Shown: positions 13,791 through 27,068, numbered from the stretch's first letter. The stretch is 64,000 bases of DNA from Octopus bimaculoides (GCF_001194135.2 NC_068984.1:39727434-39791433), one strand, 5' to 3'. Numbers and translations: made by a program. The notes: generated from the letters alone by a model not told the origin.

Positions 13791-14624
13791 TTTCAACAGT
13801 TATAAATTTAGAATGACTTTGTATTCCCCATTGCATCTTGGTTTAGGAAGAATGCTTCATTTTATAGAAGGTACATAGAAGATACAAAACCTACCCATTT
13901 TCTGTTAAAGAAGTTTAGCAAATGACTTCGACTGTCTAATAACTCAAATGTATACTTACATTTTGTAGAATGTATACTTACATTTTGTAGAATCTTGGCT
14001 CCACCACATCCCAGATAGACTTCCGACATTTGTATTACAAATACCAATTAACTTCTGGCACACAACTTTTCATTTACACTACTACTACTACTACTACTAC
14101 TATTCTTATAAAAGTTTTTTTTATTTTGTTTTTATTTTAAACAATGAAAAAGACATTAATACTAACTTCATTTATTAAGGGTCATATCATCGATCTCTAA
14201 CTTTTGATTACCTTTAAAAAGTGGATCCAAATAAATTTTCAGGGCTAGATGGTATCCTTCTGTTTTTCTAAAATCACAAAATAGCATTCCTATCAGAAAT
14301 TAAAAGCTATAACCTCTTAAGATGAATGTGTAACACTAGCATAGTTATGGAATCAATAAATAAAGACAACTTTGTATTTTTTTTATTTTTAAAAACAACA
14401 TTACATCCATTGACATCTAATCAACTTTTAATGTTTTTAAACGAATGGACAGTAACTAACATTGGCTATTATATATTTGAACATTCTGAAGCATGTCCAA
14501 ATATATGTTTTATGTGAAGAATATGAAACTTACTATATATGTTTGACAAATTATTGAACTAGTTACAGTGTTATTTGAATAATAGATGTCAATTTCTCTA
14601 AACCTTGTTTCTTCAGATACTTGA

Positions 14625-14850
14625 TTACCCCTTTTGATACCAGTCTACCCGACACTGTTCCTGGTTTTATAATACAAACTTCCTTTTTGAAGTAATCTAA
14701 ATTAAAACCTTGCATCAAATTTTCATTTTAATTTATGTTCCTAACACCTGTTTAATAATAAAGTTATTTTACTAAATTATTATTTTCAAAATTAATTTAA
14801 ACAAAGGCAGGCAGTATATTTCAATATAAATATGGTAACAAAAGGGTGAA
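14625..14850. mobile_element. Short TIR element of a TTAA/piggyBac-like MITE family (related copies at 18519-18710 and 33176-33399)
   Basis: Ends ccccttttgatacca and tggtaacaaaagggt; internal aatttatgttcctaacac..aagttattttactaaatt is shared with the 33.2 kb copy. Confidence 0.7.
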
Positions 14851-14909
14851 TTGCTTGTAGATTACTGCAACAGTTACTAAGTCCTTTAATATTTTTCATA
14901 TATATATAT

Positions 14910-15211
14910 ATCTAAGTAGCACTTATATTGGTATAATGACTGTAGAAAGACCATTCGCAGCTTTTCCCATTAGGAATGTTATGCATGGTCTAATGGATAG
15001 TGGGGTGTCTATATCAATGTACTCAAATTCCTACGCATATTAAAAATAATATATTAATGTTTCAGGGAATCATCAATGACTTTATCAACAAAAATAATCT
15101 TACAAGTATCTATTTGGATGATTTATTTTTTTAGTTTGTAGTGAAAGAAAATCAGATTCCTTTCAACCTGCTGAACATGTCAACTGACTTCAAACAAAAG
15201 TAAATGTAAAT
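14910..15211 (+). repeat. Exact 302-bp direct duplicate of 12935-13236 (Gypsy protease segment)
   Basis: By-eye alignment from atctaagtagcac to gtaaatgtaaat shows no differences; offset 1975 bp. Confidence 0.95.
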
Positions 15212-16966
15212 TAGATCACTTTAAAACAAAAAGTTTGTATTGTGGAACTAGGGGCAGTCTCAGGTAGATTGGCATCAAAAGGGTTCAGTTGAATATGTGT
15301 GTGTGTGTGTAGATATGTTTACATAATTACATACAGTGTTTCATAATGATGGGACACATTTTGAATGCAAGTAACTAAGACTGCAACTGGCATATATGCA
15401 TATGGCTGTTGTTGTAGACAAGGCTCTGTAGTTTAGAATTTCACTTCTCAACTACAGGCTCAGTTCCACTGTGTGGCACCATTGAGCCTAGGGCCAACCA
15501 AAGCCTCATGAGTGGATTTTGTCAACAGAAACTAAAAGAAGCTCATTGTGTATATTTGTGTGAGTATGTGTGTGAGAGTTTGTATTTCCCACGTGTTCAC
15601 TGGTTTGTAAACAATGGCTTCTTAACAGTGTTGTTTACTTGCAATTCAACAAGGAAATCTGTCTGGACTTCTTCACATATTCTGTGATCTTAGTAGACAA
15701 AGGGCTCATTCATACTGTGACATTTGTTTCCAGTTCTTGGCTGTTTGTTGATTGATAGGACAGGAGGTTATTATCCCACAAGTGCAGTTGGCAACAGAAA
15801 GGTGTTTGGCCATAGAAAACTCTACCTCAACATACTTTTGTTTGACTCATACAAGAATGTACATACATTAACATCATGTATGTTAATGTATGTACATATA
15901 CATTAATATACATATATATATATATATATCTTCTAACTATGGCATTATTCACTAAGATTCAGCAATTGGTGCCATTTATTCCTTAATCTTCTCACTGTCT
16001 TCCTATTACTGCCACCACCTATTCCCTATTTCCTTCATTTTATCCCCAAATTGATATTCACCATGTTTCCACCCAAGTGTCCCATTCACACTTTTGAGAA
16101 CTTACCTATCTTGGTACCCTATTCTCTTTTTTATATTCACCTTGTACTTTGAGGGTACACTCTCACTTTCTCTCTTTTCAAATGAGGAAGCTATGCAAGA
16201 TACCTGTTTCGGCCCCCCTATCATACACCTGGCATAAAGCCATGTTCCTCAGTACTACTTTGTAAGGTAGTTGCCATTTAAAAGGGTATCTAGTTGTAGA
16301 AACCATGCCAGATCAGATATTGGTACTTGGTGTAGTCCTCTGGCTCATCAGTTATTTTCTAACCATTCAAACAGCGATAATGATGATGATGATATATATA
16401 TATATATATATAGATAGATAGATAGATAGATAGATAGAGAGAAAACAATACAAGACATGAGAGATTGTTTCAAAGATATTTAGTTACATCATCTTACATA
16501 CATTCCATTAACATAATGTAATTATTAGTTATGTAATGCATATTATACAACCAAGACTTATTGTCAAATTATCAGAGACATGTATCTTTTATATGTAACA
16601 TTAGGGGACTACAAAGATGACAATTCTTCAGCATGGAGCTAGCAACTATACTAGATTGACTTTGGGAAATACTTTATATTTGGAATCAGATGGGGGTGGG
16701 AATTATTAACATACAACAGGGGAAAGCAGACAGGAAATAAAATGTTGGCAGAAAGGCTGTTAGTATAGACATATCTAGTCATTTTCTGATTACCAGTCTT
16801 ATCAGTTGTTTTTCTTTGAAGCTCCTCAAGTTTAGACAATCATAAAACTTAGCGACAGCTATATATATATTGTTTGTCAACTGTATATCATACATACATT
16901 TATCTCTGCAAAAACAAATGTATACTTATAATGCACACACACAGATGTAGAGATAACACACACACT

Positions 16967-17000
<34 letters not shown>

Positions 17001-19026
17001 ATGTGTGTGTATATATCACACAATCAACTAGACTATCAGATGTTACTTATACATCACTGGTCACAATGAACTCTGCATCATTTTAGCTTTCGGATGATAC
17101 CATCTCACTGGCTGGGCAAGCAGGCCAACATTCCCACTGTTCAGAGGGCTACTCCCTCTTGGGGTTAATTCATTTTCAGCTGAGTGAACTGGACCAACAT
17201 GAAATGAAGTGTTTTCCTCAAGAACACAAATATGCCCTCCAGTCTGAAAATCAAACACATGATCTAACAATTGTGAGTGCAACACCCTGACTGACACACT
17301 GTGTGTGTGTGCACGCATGTGTGTAAATATATATGTATACCCATACACAAATGTACACACACAATCCTGTATATTCACAAACTTCTGCAGGTATAACTCT
17401 GTAGTTAAAATATTTGCTTCCCAACAACATGGTTTCTGATTCAGTCCTATCACAAAGCGCCTCGGGCTAGTGTCTTCCATTGTAGCCCAGGGGCTGACCA
17501 AAGCTTTGGGAGTGAATTTGGTTGCTGAAAATTGAAAGAAGCTCATTATATGGGTGTATCCTTTTCCTGATATTGCATCGTTGTTGTTAATGAGTGTCAC
17601 TGTCACACAAATAATGTCATTCATTTACAGTATTCTACGGAAACAGTGTGTGTGTTTGTGTGTAAACTGTAATCTTACTACTTAAATTTATCTTTATTTA
17701 ATTACACCAGCACTAAATGAAAATTAGTCTAGCTATTATAACTTTCTGATTTATGTTTTATTTAAATAGTACACAGAAGACTGAAAGAATACTTCTCCCC
17801 TAGTAATTGGTCTTCAAACATGTCAGGACAGTGCAGTCCCTTTTATTTTTCTGTGTACAATTGGTTTTAAATAAATCTGTAGCTTAATGACCTGGAATTT
17901 CAACTTAAGTTTCTAATAGACAGTGTGTTATGCATAAATATTGTTAGTTATGCACACACATACATGTGTGTTTGTGTGTGTGTGTATTGTTGTTGTTGTC
18001 ACATGACTGGAAACAACAGTAAGGTCCTCATAGGATGTAAAAAAAATTTTTGATACCTGCCTATGAGAAATTATAGAAGTGTCAGCTATTTTAACCAACC
18101 AGTATAGTGTTGTGTGAGTGGGTGTCAGATCTTAAGTATAGCAATGTAGATTTTAATTTCAATTTATTTGTAATGTCAATTTAATTCTAGAATATATGAT
18201 CTTGTCATCCTTGCATCAACATTGATTTTTAGACTGACCCTGTTTTTGTTGTCTCAATTGTCTATTTCTGTCTATTCATAAAAGCCTCTGTTTTTAAAGT
18301 AAATATTTTAATCTGTCATCTCTATCTTCTAATCCTTATGCGTTATATGCCAATATATCACTAGTATATTTCTGTTTTCATAACAGTTATTTAAATTATT
18401 GCTTATGATCTCTGTTGTTAGTTTAGATATCCTTAAGTACTGATCATAAGGATTTCTTTCAAGTTCTGCATCAGCTTGTATTATATTTTCACAACATATT
18501 TTCTCATGTTTGTATAGCTTAACCCTTTTGATACCAACCTACCCAAGATTGCCTTCAGTTTCATGATAGTCATCTAAATAGACTTCTCATTTAAATTTCA
18601 CATTTGATGATAACATTATTTTATTATATTCTTCATTATTTTTTTAAATTCAATTGAAAGAAAAGCTGTTTATTTCAAGAGAAATTGGGGGGGAAAAATC
18701 TGGTTAAATATGACTGAAATAGATTAAACTGATTGAAAAGATTTTTTTTGAATTTTTTTTTTTTAAGAAATGCTTACCTTTTGCTTATTGATAGAAAGCC
18801 AGTTGTGTATTTATTTTCTGTATGGTTACACTGCAGTAACTGCTTCTAAACAATTCTTCTTTTGAAAATTTTAGTAAAACCACCTGTTGGTCTCTGCTTA
18901 CAATCTTAAAAATTATCATCTCATTTATTTTCTTGTGATGAAATAAAACACTTGATCTTTACTTCTTGTTATCTATATTTTACTGATTTTTTTTTTTTAT
19001 ATTTCTTCAAATTGACAGAAGTTACC

Positions 19027-19153
19027 ATGGCAGAATCCATAGAGCGGCGTCCTCCAAAACCTTTACAAAAGCAGACAGAGTTCGAAGAGACCGAGGATGA
19101 CAATAGCACCCATAGCCCAAGCTCTGATCAATCTGACAACACCATAACTGCTG
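19027..19153 (+). CDS. R3HDM1/R3HDM2/ARPP21: Coding exon 1 (MAESIERRPPKPLQKQTEFEETEDDNSTHSPSSDQSDNTITA)
   Basis: Poly-T tract with acceptor AG at 19017-19018. ATG in good Kozak context (accATGg). Donor G|gtaagt, phase 1. Confidence 0.8.
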
Positions 19154-20286
19154 GTAAGTTGAACAGTTTTCTGATACAATTACATTGCTGAGTTAGATAA
19201 ATGCAGTAGAGAGAATCTTAAATGTGTTAATGTTAAAGAATGAATCTAGCTTGTTGTATATTACAATACAAATAGTCCATAAACACTACTCAAAACACTC
19301 TTTAAAATAATTAACAAATAGGGCTGAGAGAAAATACTTTAGGTGAGTGTTCTGCATGCTAAATACATATAAAGTAGATTCACTTGTAGTTGAAAAGCTT
19401 TGATTAATTCCCTCCTAGGATTTTATAAAATCTCAATACAACAAGTGAGCACGATAACTCCTGTAATATCAGCTAATCAAAATTCTGGGGTGAAATAGAT
19501 GATGCAGAGGTTTTTGTTCACTAATTGCATGAATAATCTATGTTGACTGAAGTTTTATCAATTCACTATACTTGACAAAGAAATCATAGTGATTTATGGT
19601 AAGGTTGTATGTAGATAAATGATTTATAAAAACAAACTTCGAATCAAAATGTTGGACACTAATATATGTAATATAGTATTCTTAATGAGAAATTTGTTGT
19701 GTTTAGGAATTTATTTTTAACTAAGAACTTGATGTTATAACAGAATCGAGTATATATATATGAATGGTAATTTCTAAATATGAATTATTTAATACAAGTA
19801 AGAATATCCGTAATAAATGTATACTGTACAGCAGGAGTTTTATAATTCAGCAATGAACTAAGGAGAAAATGTGGTTAGGCATCAAACAGAAGTGTGTGTG
19901 TGTTACTGAACAGTGTATATGGTTTTACATGTATGTGTGTGACCTGTATGTTGACCTGTGAAACCATCCAGCTCATGCCAACATGGAAACAAATGTTAAA
20001 TGTTCTTGATAGCTTGGTACATATGAATGTTGTTCTATATATGTTCTCATTAACACTACCTGAACAAAAGCAGCGTCTTTGTTTACATTCTCCAAAAAGC
20101 AAAACATCCATAATTTCAGTGTTTTCATCTCTTTCAATGTGTAAGGGCCAGTTAAATGAAAATACCTTGCTTGTAAAACAGGTATGGGTTGCACGCAGGA
20201 TGTGCATCCAGCTGTAGAAAGTCTGTCTCAACAAATTTTGTCTATATATATATATATATATATACACACATCGATGTTTGAAGTAG

Positions 20287-20439
20287 ATGAGGCACCTCTA
20301 CCATCTGAACAAGCAGCACATGCACAATTATCACTGGATGAAACAGATACAGTGAGAGGCAGTCAACCATCTCTAAAAGTAAACTTTCAATTAGAAGAGG
20401 AGCCCAGTCAAGGGGATGTATTATGGGTTAAAAGGACAG
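20287..20439 (+). CDS. R3HDM1/R3HDM2/ARPP21: Probable coding exon 2 (DEAPLPSEQ...WVKRT); both boundaries uncertain
   Basis: Acceptor tag|AT is phase 1 and candidate donor ACAG|gtgtag is phase 1, fitting both neighbours. Protein-like composition. The pyrimidine tract is weak and the frame stays open past the donor. Confidence 0.55.
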
Positions 20440-20602
20440 GTGTAGACACTGGAAATGGAGGGTTAATGAAACAATCTTTATCAGATGCATCTGCACCAAG
20501 GTTCAGACACAAAACACCAGAAAAGTTTCCAGCTAATGATAAAAATGACAAAAGCAGTGAAAAAGAGAGCACAAGCACAAACATGATCATCGTCATATAT
20601 AC

Positions 20603-20648
<46 letters not shown>

Positions 20649-20650
20649 TA

Positions 20651-21030
20651 TGGCACTCCGTCAGTTACGACGACAAGGGTTCCAGTTGGTTCGATCAACG
20701 GGACAGCCTGGTCGTGAAATTAACTTGCAAGTGGCTGAGCACTCCACAGACACATGTACTCTTAACGTAGTTCTCGGGGAGATTCAGCGTGACACAGAGT
20801 GGGACAAGTGTACCTTTGAAATACAGGTACAGCAGAAACAGAAAGAAAGAGTAAGAGAAAGTTGTGGTGGAAGAATACAGCAGGGTTCGCCACCGCACAC
20901 TGCCAGAGTCACTTGATGCTTTAGGTGTTCTCACTCAATAAACACTCACAATGTTTGATCTAGGAATCGAAACCGCAATCCTATGACCGTGAGTTTGCTG
21001 CCCTAACCACTGGGCCATTGCACCTCCTCA
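20651..21030 (-). mobile_element. tRNA-derived SINE, near full length
   Basis: Minus-strand head with A box TGGCCCAGTGG and B box GGTTTCGATTCC; body partly repeated at about 2330-2420; ends in TA/TG microsatellite. Confidence 0.8.
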
Positions 21031-21086
21031 CACACACACACACATATATATAAAGGACACAATGCATACTGAATGTACAAGGAAAC

Positions 21087-21117
<31 letters not shown>

Positions 21118-22184
21118 CAAGATGTATTGTTAGAGAATGAGTAAACTGGAGAAAATACTAACCTAATATTTGTTGTGGTGAATGTTTAATTGGAGTGTTA
21201 TTGCTGTTAAGAATCAAAATTTTAAGCTAAAAACAAATGGTTGTATTTCATGAAAATGTAAACTTTAAATGAAACTGAGAAAGTGTAAATTGAAACTGAA
21301 ACCTATATTAATCATAGCTATATGCAAGTAATAAAACTTTATTCCCTTTCTTTTAAAAACATTCTAGAAATGAGTGCCTCTGATTTAATGTGTTCCTATC
21401 ATACTAATTAAATAATACAAATCTTAAATGACCTTGTAGACCAAAGGTTAAAATTGATCTATGAAAATAGTGTTTGTCGTTTGTATTTGTTTAGTATATT
21501 TGAGGTTGTTAGAGTGTATTAGCATAGACAGCACAACACTCAAGAAACTTAGTTGTAGGTATGTTATTCTTCTCCAGTCTAAATTAAAATATAATCTAGA
21601 ACAGGGAAACCTGATACCTTCCTCCATCTGTCTGAGTTTTCAACTTGGACAAATGACAGCATACCTTTGGCTTTCTAACCAACATCACAATGAAGATATG
21701 TTGTATAGGTAAGAATTCAATGTGTAGAATTGTGATGAAGCCTCTCATGGTAATACATAATAAGAATTTGACCAAAGAGATGCCCACTGAACCAAACATA
21801 GTTATGTAATTACCACTACGTTGTCCTAAACAGTAATGTGACTTCACATTGGTGTAGATAGGAGGAAAAATTAAGAATTCAATATCTAGTTTCAGTAAAT
21901 AGTGTTTATGTCATTTAATATGGCACGATTATTTATCTACTGTATACAAGATGTTCGAAAAGTTTTTAATGGTTTTGATAAAAATTATTAAGCAACGAAG
22001 TCAATTCAGTATGTATCATTAAAATATATTTATCACATAATCAGAATATAAAAATAACAACAACTCTACAAACTTCTGTTGTGTCTAGGGAGAGTCATTA
22101 TGCCAATATTTACAGACTTCTAAAATTAATCATACCACACATACTTACATACCATACATGCATGCATACATACATACATACAAT

Positions 22185-22558
22185 GCAGCTGTGCTTTAGA
22201 AGCTCCACTTTGCAGCACCTTGGGCAAGTGTCTTCTATTATCGACCTGGGCTGTTCAAAGCCTTGTGAGTGGATTTGGTAGGCAGAAACTGAAAGAAGCC
22301 TGTCGTATGTGTGTGTGTGCCTATGTTTGTGAATACATGATGGTTGTAAACAAGCATCTCCTTCCTAAAAACAATGTTGTTCGTTTTCAGTCTTCCATGA
22401 AACACCTGTCTAGCCATGGGGAAATATTACTTTACTTGGAAACAGATTAGGCTTAGTGACAGGAGAGGCATCCAGCCATAGAAAATCTGCCTCAACAAAT
22501 TTCATCTGACCCATGCAAGCATGGAAAAGTAGACATCAAAAGGATGATGATAATGATA
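22185..22558 (+). mobile_element. SINE carrying the RTE-type 3' tail (related copies at about 5725-6060, 15400-15880, 17385-17550, and 60800-60990 on the minus strand)
   Basis: Core ggcaccttgggcaagtgtcttct..aaagccttgtgagtggatttggtag..aaactgaaagaagcc, then (TG)n, then tail ggcatccagc..catgcaagcatggaaaagtagac..gatgatgat. Confidence 0.8.
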
Positions 22559-22561
22559 CAC

Positions 22562-23310
22562 TATCATCATTTTACATCTACTTTTCAGACTAGCATGGAT
22601 TGGACAGGTCGTCATATCTGAATTATTTTTTTATGAGATGCAACTTCTCCCGTAGACTTGTGCCTGTAATGCCTTGTGCTTCATATTTCCTCCATGCATA
22701 TCATATATCCATATCAGTGCAGTTTTCTCTCTTGTGCACTACTACTGGTTCCTCTAATACTCACTTTTTCTCTCAGCTCATTTGTACTTGGGCATTCATT
22801 GTACACCATCAACACACATCCATCAAATTAAACTTGCCTTGTTTCTTTCTAGTCTTTACAAGTCTTGTGCACTCACTGCTCACTTCACTGCTAATGACAT
22901 CACAGTTCTAACACAAATGCCATATAACCTGCCTTTCACTCTGAGAGAGATGTTTGTTGTCAGCAGAGATAATAGCCCTCTGAACATTTTCCAACTTGTC
23001 CTTACTTTGGCTACTATACTTTCTGAACAGCCATCTCTCCTGCTAATTACATAACCTAGATGACAAGTTATCAACTACTTCTAGCAAGCCAGCCAGGCAT
23101 TTAAGAGAGTCTATTTCCATTGCACTCTTTAGTGTATATTGTTCCAGTGCATCTGCCACATACAAAGCTTACCTTCTCTGTTAGCCTGCCTGTATGTCAG
23201 TCCAGTATACCCCTTGAGTGTCCATAACTTATACTGTGTACAACATAAGGAGTTCCTACATACACCTTCCTGCAAATCAAGCGAGGCCATTTCCATGACA
23301 ATACCATGGT
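22562..23310 (-). mobile_element. Decayed 3' portion of an RTE LINE ending about 100 nt upstream of exon 3
   Basis: Minus-strand KWP..ICRK..RNS..CTQYKLW..FVCGRC and DGCSESIVAKVRTSWKMFRGLLSLL...LRVKGRLY, with a (cat)n tail at 22562. Confidence 0.85.
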
Positions 23311-23410
23311 TCTTCTTTCCTACTTGCTAACACTTTAGTCTTTGCTAAGGTTTTATTTTATTTCTTTTACTCCCTGGATTATTTTTTTAAAACTGTACTT
23401 TTGTTTCCAG

Positions 23411-23571
23411 GACCAGATACCCCTGGAGTGCAGTCATCAGGAGAGTCTCCGAAATCAATCTCTCCAGATGACTACAAACCAACATCTTACGCAGATCAAG
23501 ATGTTCAGCACCATCAGAAACTGCAACATCCAGAACCAGTACAGATTGTCATTAAAAATATACGCTACCCA
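23411..23571 (+). CDS. R3HDM1/R3HDM2/ARPP21: Coding exon 3 (GPDTPGVQSS...IKNIRYP)
   Basis: Acceptor tttccag|GA (phase 1) and donor CCA|gtaaga (phase 0); Ser/Pro-rich open frame. Confidence 0.8.
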
Positions 23572-23917
23572 GTAAGAATATGCTTTAAATTTCTTAATAA
23601 AAAAACATTACTTTTATAAATGAAAAAAGGAAAAATAACCATTCATCCTTCTGAAGATTTCTTTTGGTATGAAAAGTTACTGTAATATAACACTTTTGCA
23701 TTCTCATTTCCTCTTCTTTTTCCAGCTAGAAATTTAGAATATAGGTAGAAAGATAAAGGATGGAATCCAAGCATTATTAATTTAAATGTTTTACTACATA
23801 TCATTATTCATAAGAGCATCATCATAAATAATCTTTTCATAGTTTACTTCTCATGTTCAAATGTAAGAAAATTTAATTCAAGAATTTGGGTTATTTACTA
23901 TTGTTTGTTGCTCTTGT

Positions 23918-24020
23918 GAAGGTGTATGGCTCAGTGGTTAGAGCATCAAGCTCACAATCATGAGGTAGTGAGTTCAATTTCTGGACCATGCTGCATGTTG
24001 TGTTCTTGAGCAAGACACTT
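23918..24020 (+). mobile_element. 5' head of a tRNA-derived SINE (a related minus-strand copy lies at about 17085-17290)
   Basis: A box TGGCTCAGTGG and B-box-like GAGTTCAATTTC, followed by ttgtgttcttgagcaagacacttt. Confidence 0.7.
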
Positions 24021-25409
24021 TATAACACATATTATTTGTAAATTTTAACCACTATTAAGATAGAAATTAGATGTTTTCTTGCCGGTTAAAGAAATTCTAT
24101 TCATCCTGTCTCTCTTTTAGTGAAGTTTATTAGAAACCTGTTTTAAAAAATTTTATTTTGCTAATAAATATAATACATATATATGATCTGAAACATTTAT
24201 TGAAGAAAATATATATGATCCAAATTAGGGAAGCTGTGTAGATGGATTGAATAAAAATTACTGAATAGTGAAATTTAGAAATAAAATTATTGTTAGGTAA
24301 CTAAAAATAGAAAAGGCAAATGTCCAGTCATAATTTTTTTTTTTTTTCAAGGTTTTGAGAGAAAGAGAAATCTATCTCAAACTGCTGGAAATTGTAAAGC
24401 AAGTATGTGCTAAGGAAATAGAGAAGCTGATTAATTGATAATAATAAGCACAGCAGAGAGGAAGTAAACTTGAAGGAATTGATGTGAGAGAAAAATAAAA
24501 GGGAAAACAGTTGGTGAACATTTGGAAAATATATATAAATTGTGAATGATAGTGGAATAAGTGTATTTAGAAAACATAAATGGTGTAAAAACAACAGTCT
24601 TCTGCTTGTGTCGTGAACACATACCAATATACAGGATTATAGATGGTTACATATAAACACTTACATATAATCACATGCATGCATCTTTAAAATTATGTAT
24701 TGGAATCATTAGACAATGGGTTTGGCCTTTTTTATTTGCAAGGCAATAGAGTGAAGAGTGAGAAAGATAAGCTGTAGTCAGTATTTGTAATAAGCATGAA
24801 ATAAACAAAGGATGATACAACTTAAATTCTGGTTGCAGACCAAAGGTGGTCTGCACAGAAAGGTTTAACAATAATATGGGGACATTTTTTTCTATGCCCC
24901 CATCTTGAGTAATTTTTACAGACATTACATCATTTATGCAAGTGATGCATTTGTGTCTTGAATAAAATATTGAATTATACAGGATTGAACTGTATTTTGG
25001 CTATGAAGAGTTTTCTGTGTGGACCACTTTGAGACAGAAGGTCTTTTTTGGTGCTTCACTGCCCTAGCATATTTCAAAGATGATTTTTTTTCTTTTTAAA
25101 GCTGCAATTTGTCTGTGCAGTATAGAGAATAAACAATTTTATTTCTAAACAGTTTTTTTAAAATATAGACATGTATATATTCTGTTACTTTTTGATTGTC
25201 TGATTAATGTTGTATGGTGTGAAGTAAGAAACTGTTCATGAAAGATGAAGAAATTTTCCTAGGTAGGATATGCAATTAAAAATGATAATGAATAGCAGAA
25301 AGATTTATCAAAGGCTTGGAAGAAGGTGTAAGTGTAACTAGAACAAAAGGTTCAAGAGAAATATAGCAGGAAATTAGCTTTGTTCAAATTATAATCAGAA
25401 TTTGACTAA

Positions 25410-25931
25410 TACAGTAATGCCTTGATATACAAGTCAATTTGTTCCCGGAGGAAAACTCATAAAGGAAAACTCATAAAGCAGAGCAGTCATTTCCCATAGT
25501 AGCAATGTTAGAAATCATAATTTGTTCCTAGAAAAATATTTTACCGATAAAATTTATAATACTCATAAATAAATGGCAATAAAACAACAGTAGAATGTAA
25601 AGAATATTTTTTGTAAAGTAAAAAGAATGTCGAGATCATTTATGATGTTATTATAATTGTTTTCTGAATCACTTTCACGAACACCATCTCTTCTAGACGC
25701 GATCGCCGATTCTCAAGCACTCATAGATGGACTTGTAGATTTCTTTTTAAAAAACAACTCTAGAGTTGTTTGCTTAGAAGAAGCTTTTTTTCACTCTATA
25801 AATTTTTTGGTAATATGCAGGAGCATTTGCTATGGTAGTTGAAACTTTTGCATTTCATTCATAATTTGGATCTTGTGCTTAAAAAATAAAACTCATAAAC
25901 CAGGGGTCTCGTAAAGTGAGGTAATACTGTA
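25410..25931 (-). mobile_element. pogo/Tigger-like non-autonomous DNA transposon
   Basis: TA-flanked TIRs: tacagtaatgccttgatatacaagtc versus the reverse complement tacagtattacctcactttacgagac. The minus strand has KASSKQTTLELFFKK, similar to the Tigger C-terminus. Confidence 0.75.
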
Positions 25932-26686
25932 TTTTCTTTTACCAAATTCCTAAATAATTTTTCAAAACTAGTAAACTTGTTTTCTTTAAAACTTTCCATT
26001 TAAGACATGAAAACCTTTGTAAAAAGACTAGTTTTTGAATGATGAATTTTTTTCCGAAAATGTAATTAAGTTTTACTATGTAGGTGACAGGGCAATTAAG
26101 TGCCAGCTGTAAAGTTGAAGCTTTAGTAGTAATGTTGAAGAAATACAGTTTAGAGATTCATTTCATTTGAATCAAATTTATATGTATGGGTATTATTGAA
26201 AAGTAAAGTGTTTGTGAAGACTATGACATATGAAGAAGTACAGTTTTGAAGATTTGGGCAAATGTGTGATAGAAGGACAGAATAAAAAAGACAGAAGATT
26301 GTCAAGAAATTAGAGAATATTTAGGTACAAGAGTCTCCATAAAAGAAGTTTTGGTGCATCCAGTCAATAGTGACAATGATTGGAATGGTTAATGAGGATT
26401 ATTCAGTTGATATGTCTTAAAAAAAACTTATTAAGTGAATACAGTAGAAATGCAGACAAATTTGTATTAATTTTGAAAACTGAGAAAAACAGCTTCTTAA
26501 GATAACTTAGAAATTTAAATAACAAATGCAAAAAATAAGCTTTGTATAATGGGACAGTTTAGGCATCAATTTATCTTTTCTCTTTTACTGACCTGTAAAT
26601 TGTATAAGTATATTAAATGTATCAACTTTCTAATGTCTGATTTACAGTCTTAATACAGTCTGTTAATTTATTACTTTCTCTTACAG

Positions 26687-26821
26687 CCACTTCAAACAAA
26701 AACTAAATCTTTACGTCGCAGTGCTGCGCTATGCTGTGAAACAGATGAAGATGGATCTCCTCCCCCAGAAAACTACTCCACACACACTGGAGTTTCAAAT
26801 GATTCGTTGCCACTACCTCAA
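26687..26821 (+). CDS. R3HDM1/R3HDM2/ARPP21: Coding exon 4 (PLQTKTKSLRRSAALCCETDEDGSPPP...LPLPQ)
   Basis: Acceptor tttctcttacag| and donor CAA|gtatga, phase 0-0, 135 nt. KSLRRSAALCCE resembles the KLxRSLAVCEE motif of ARPP21/R3HDM (recalled). Confidence 0.8.
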
Positions 26822-27068
26822 GTATGATTTGCATCTGCTGATTGCTCTATTTTGAAACATTCTCTTTAATATTAGAAAATAACTACTTTAAAATTTTAAC
26901 CATAAATATTTTAATTACAATAATTCCAATGTCAAATGTTGCTACCATTGTTTTTTGATTTGCTTTTTTAGTTTTTACTTTTTGATATAGTTCTGTCTGT
27001 TTTGCTAAATTTTGATTTATTCATAGAACTAATGTTTTTTTTTTTTGTTTTGTCTTGTTTTTTTGCAG

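Noticed and set aside
20960-21030. tRNA-like sequences with A/B boxes (also 23918-23990)
   Set aside because: No complete cloverleaf, and they continue into SINE bodies; these are SINE heads, not tRNA genes.
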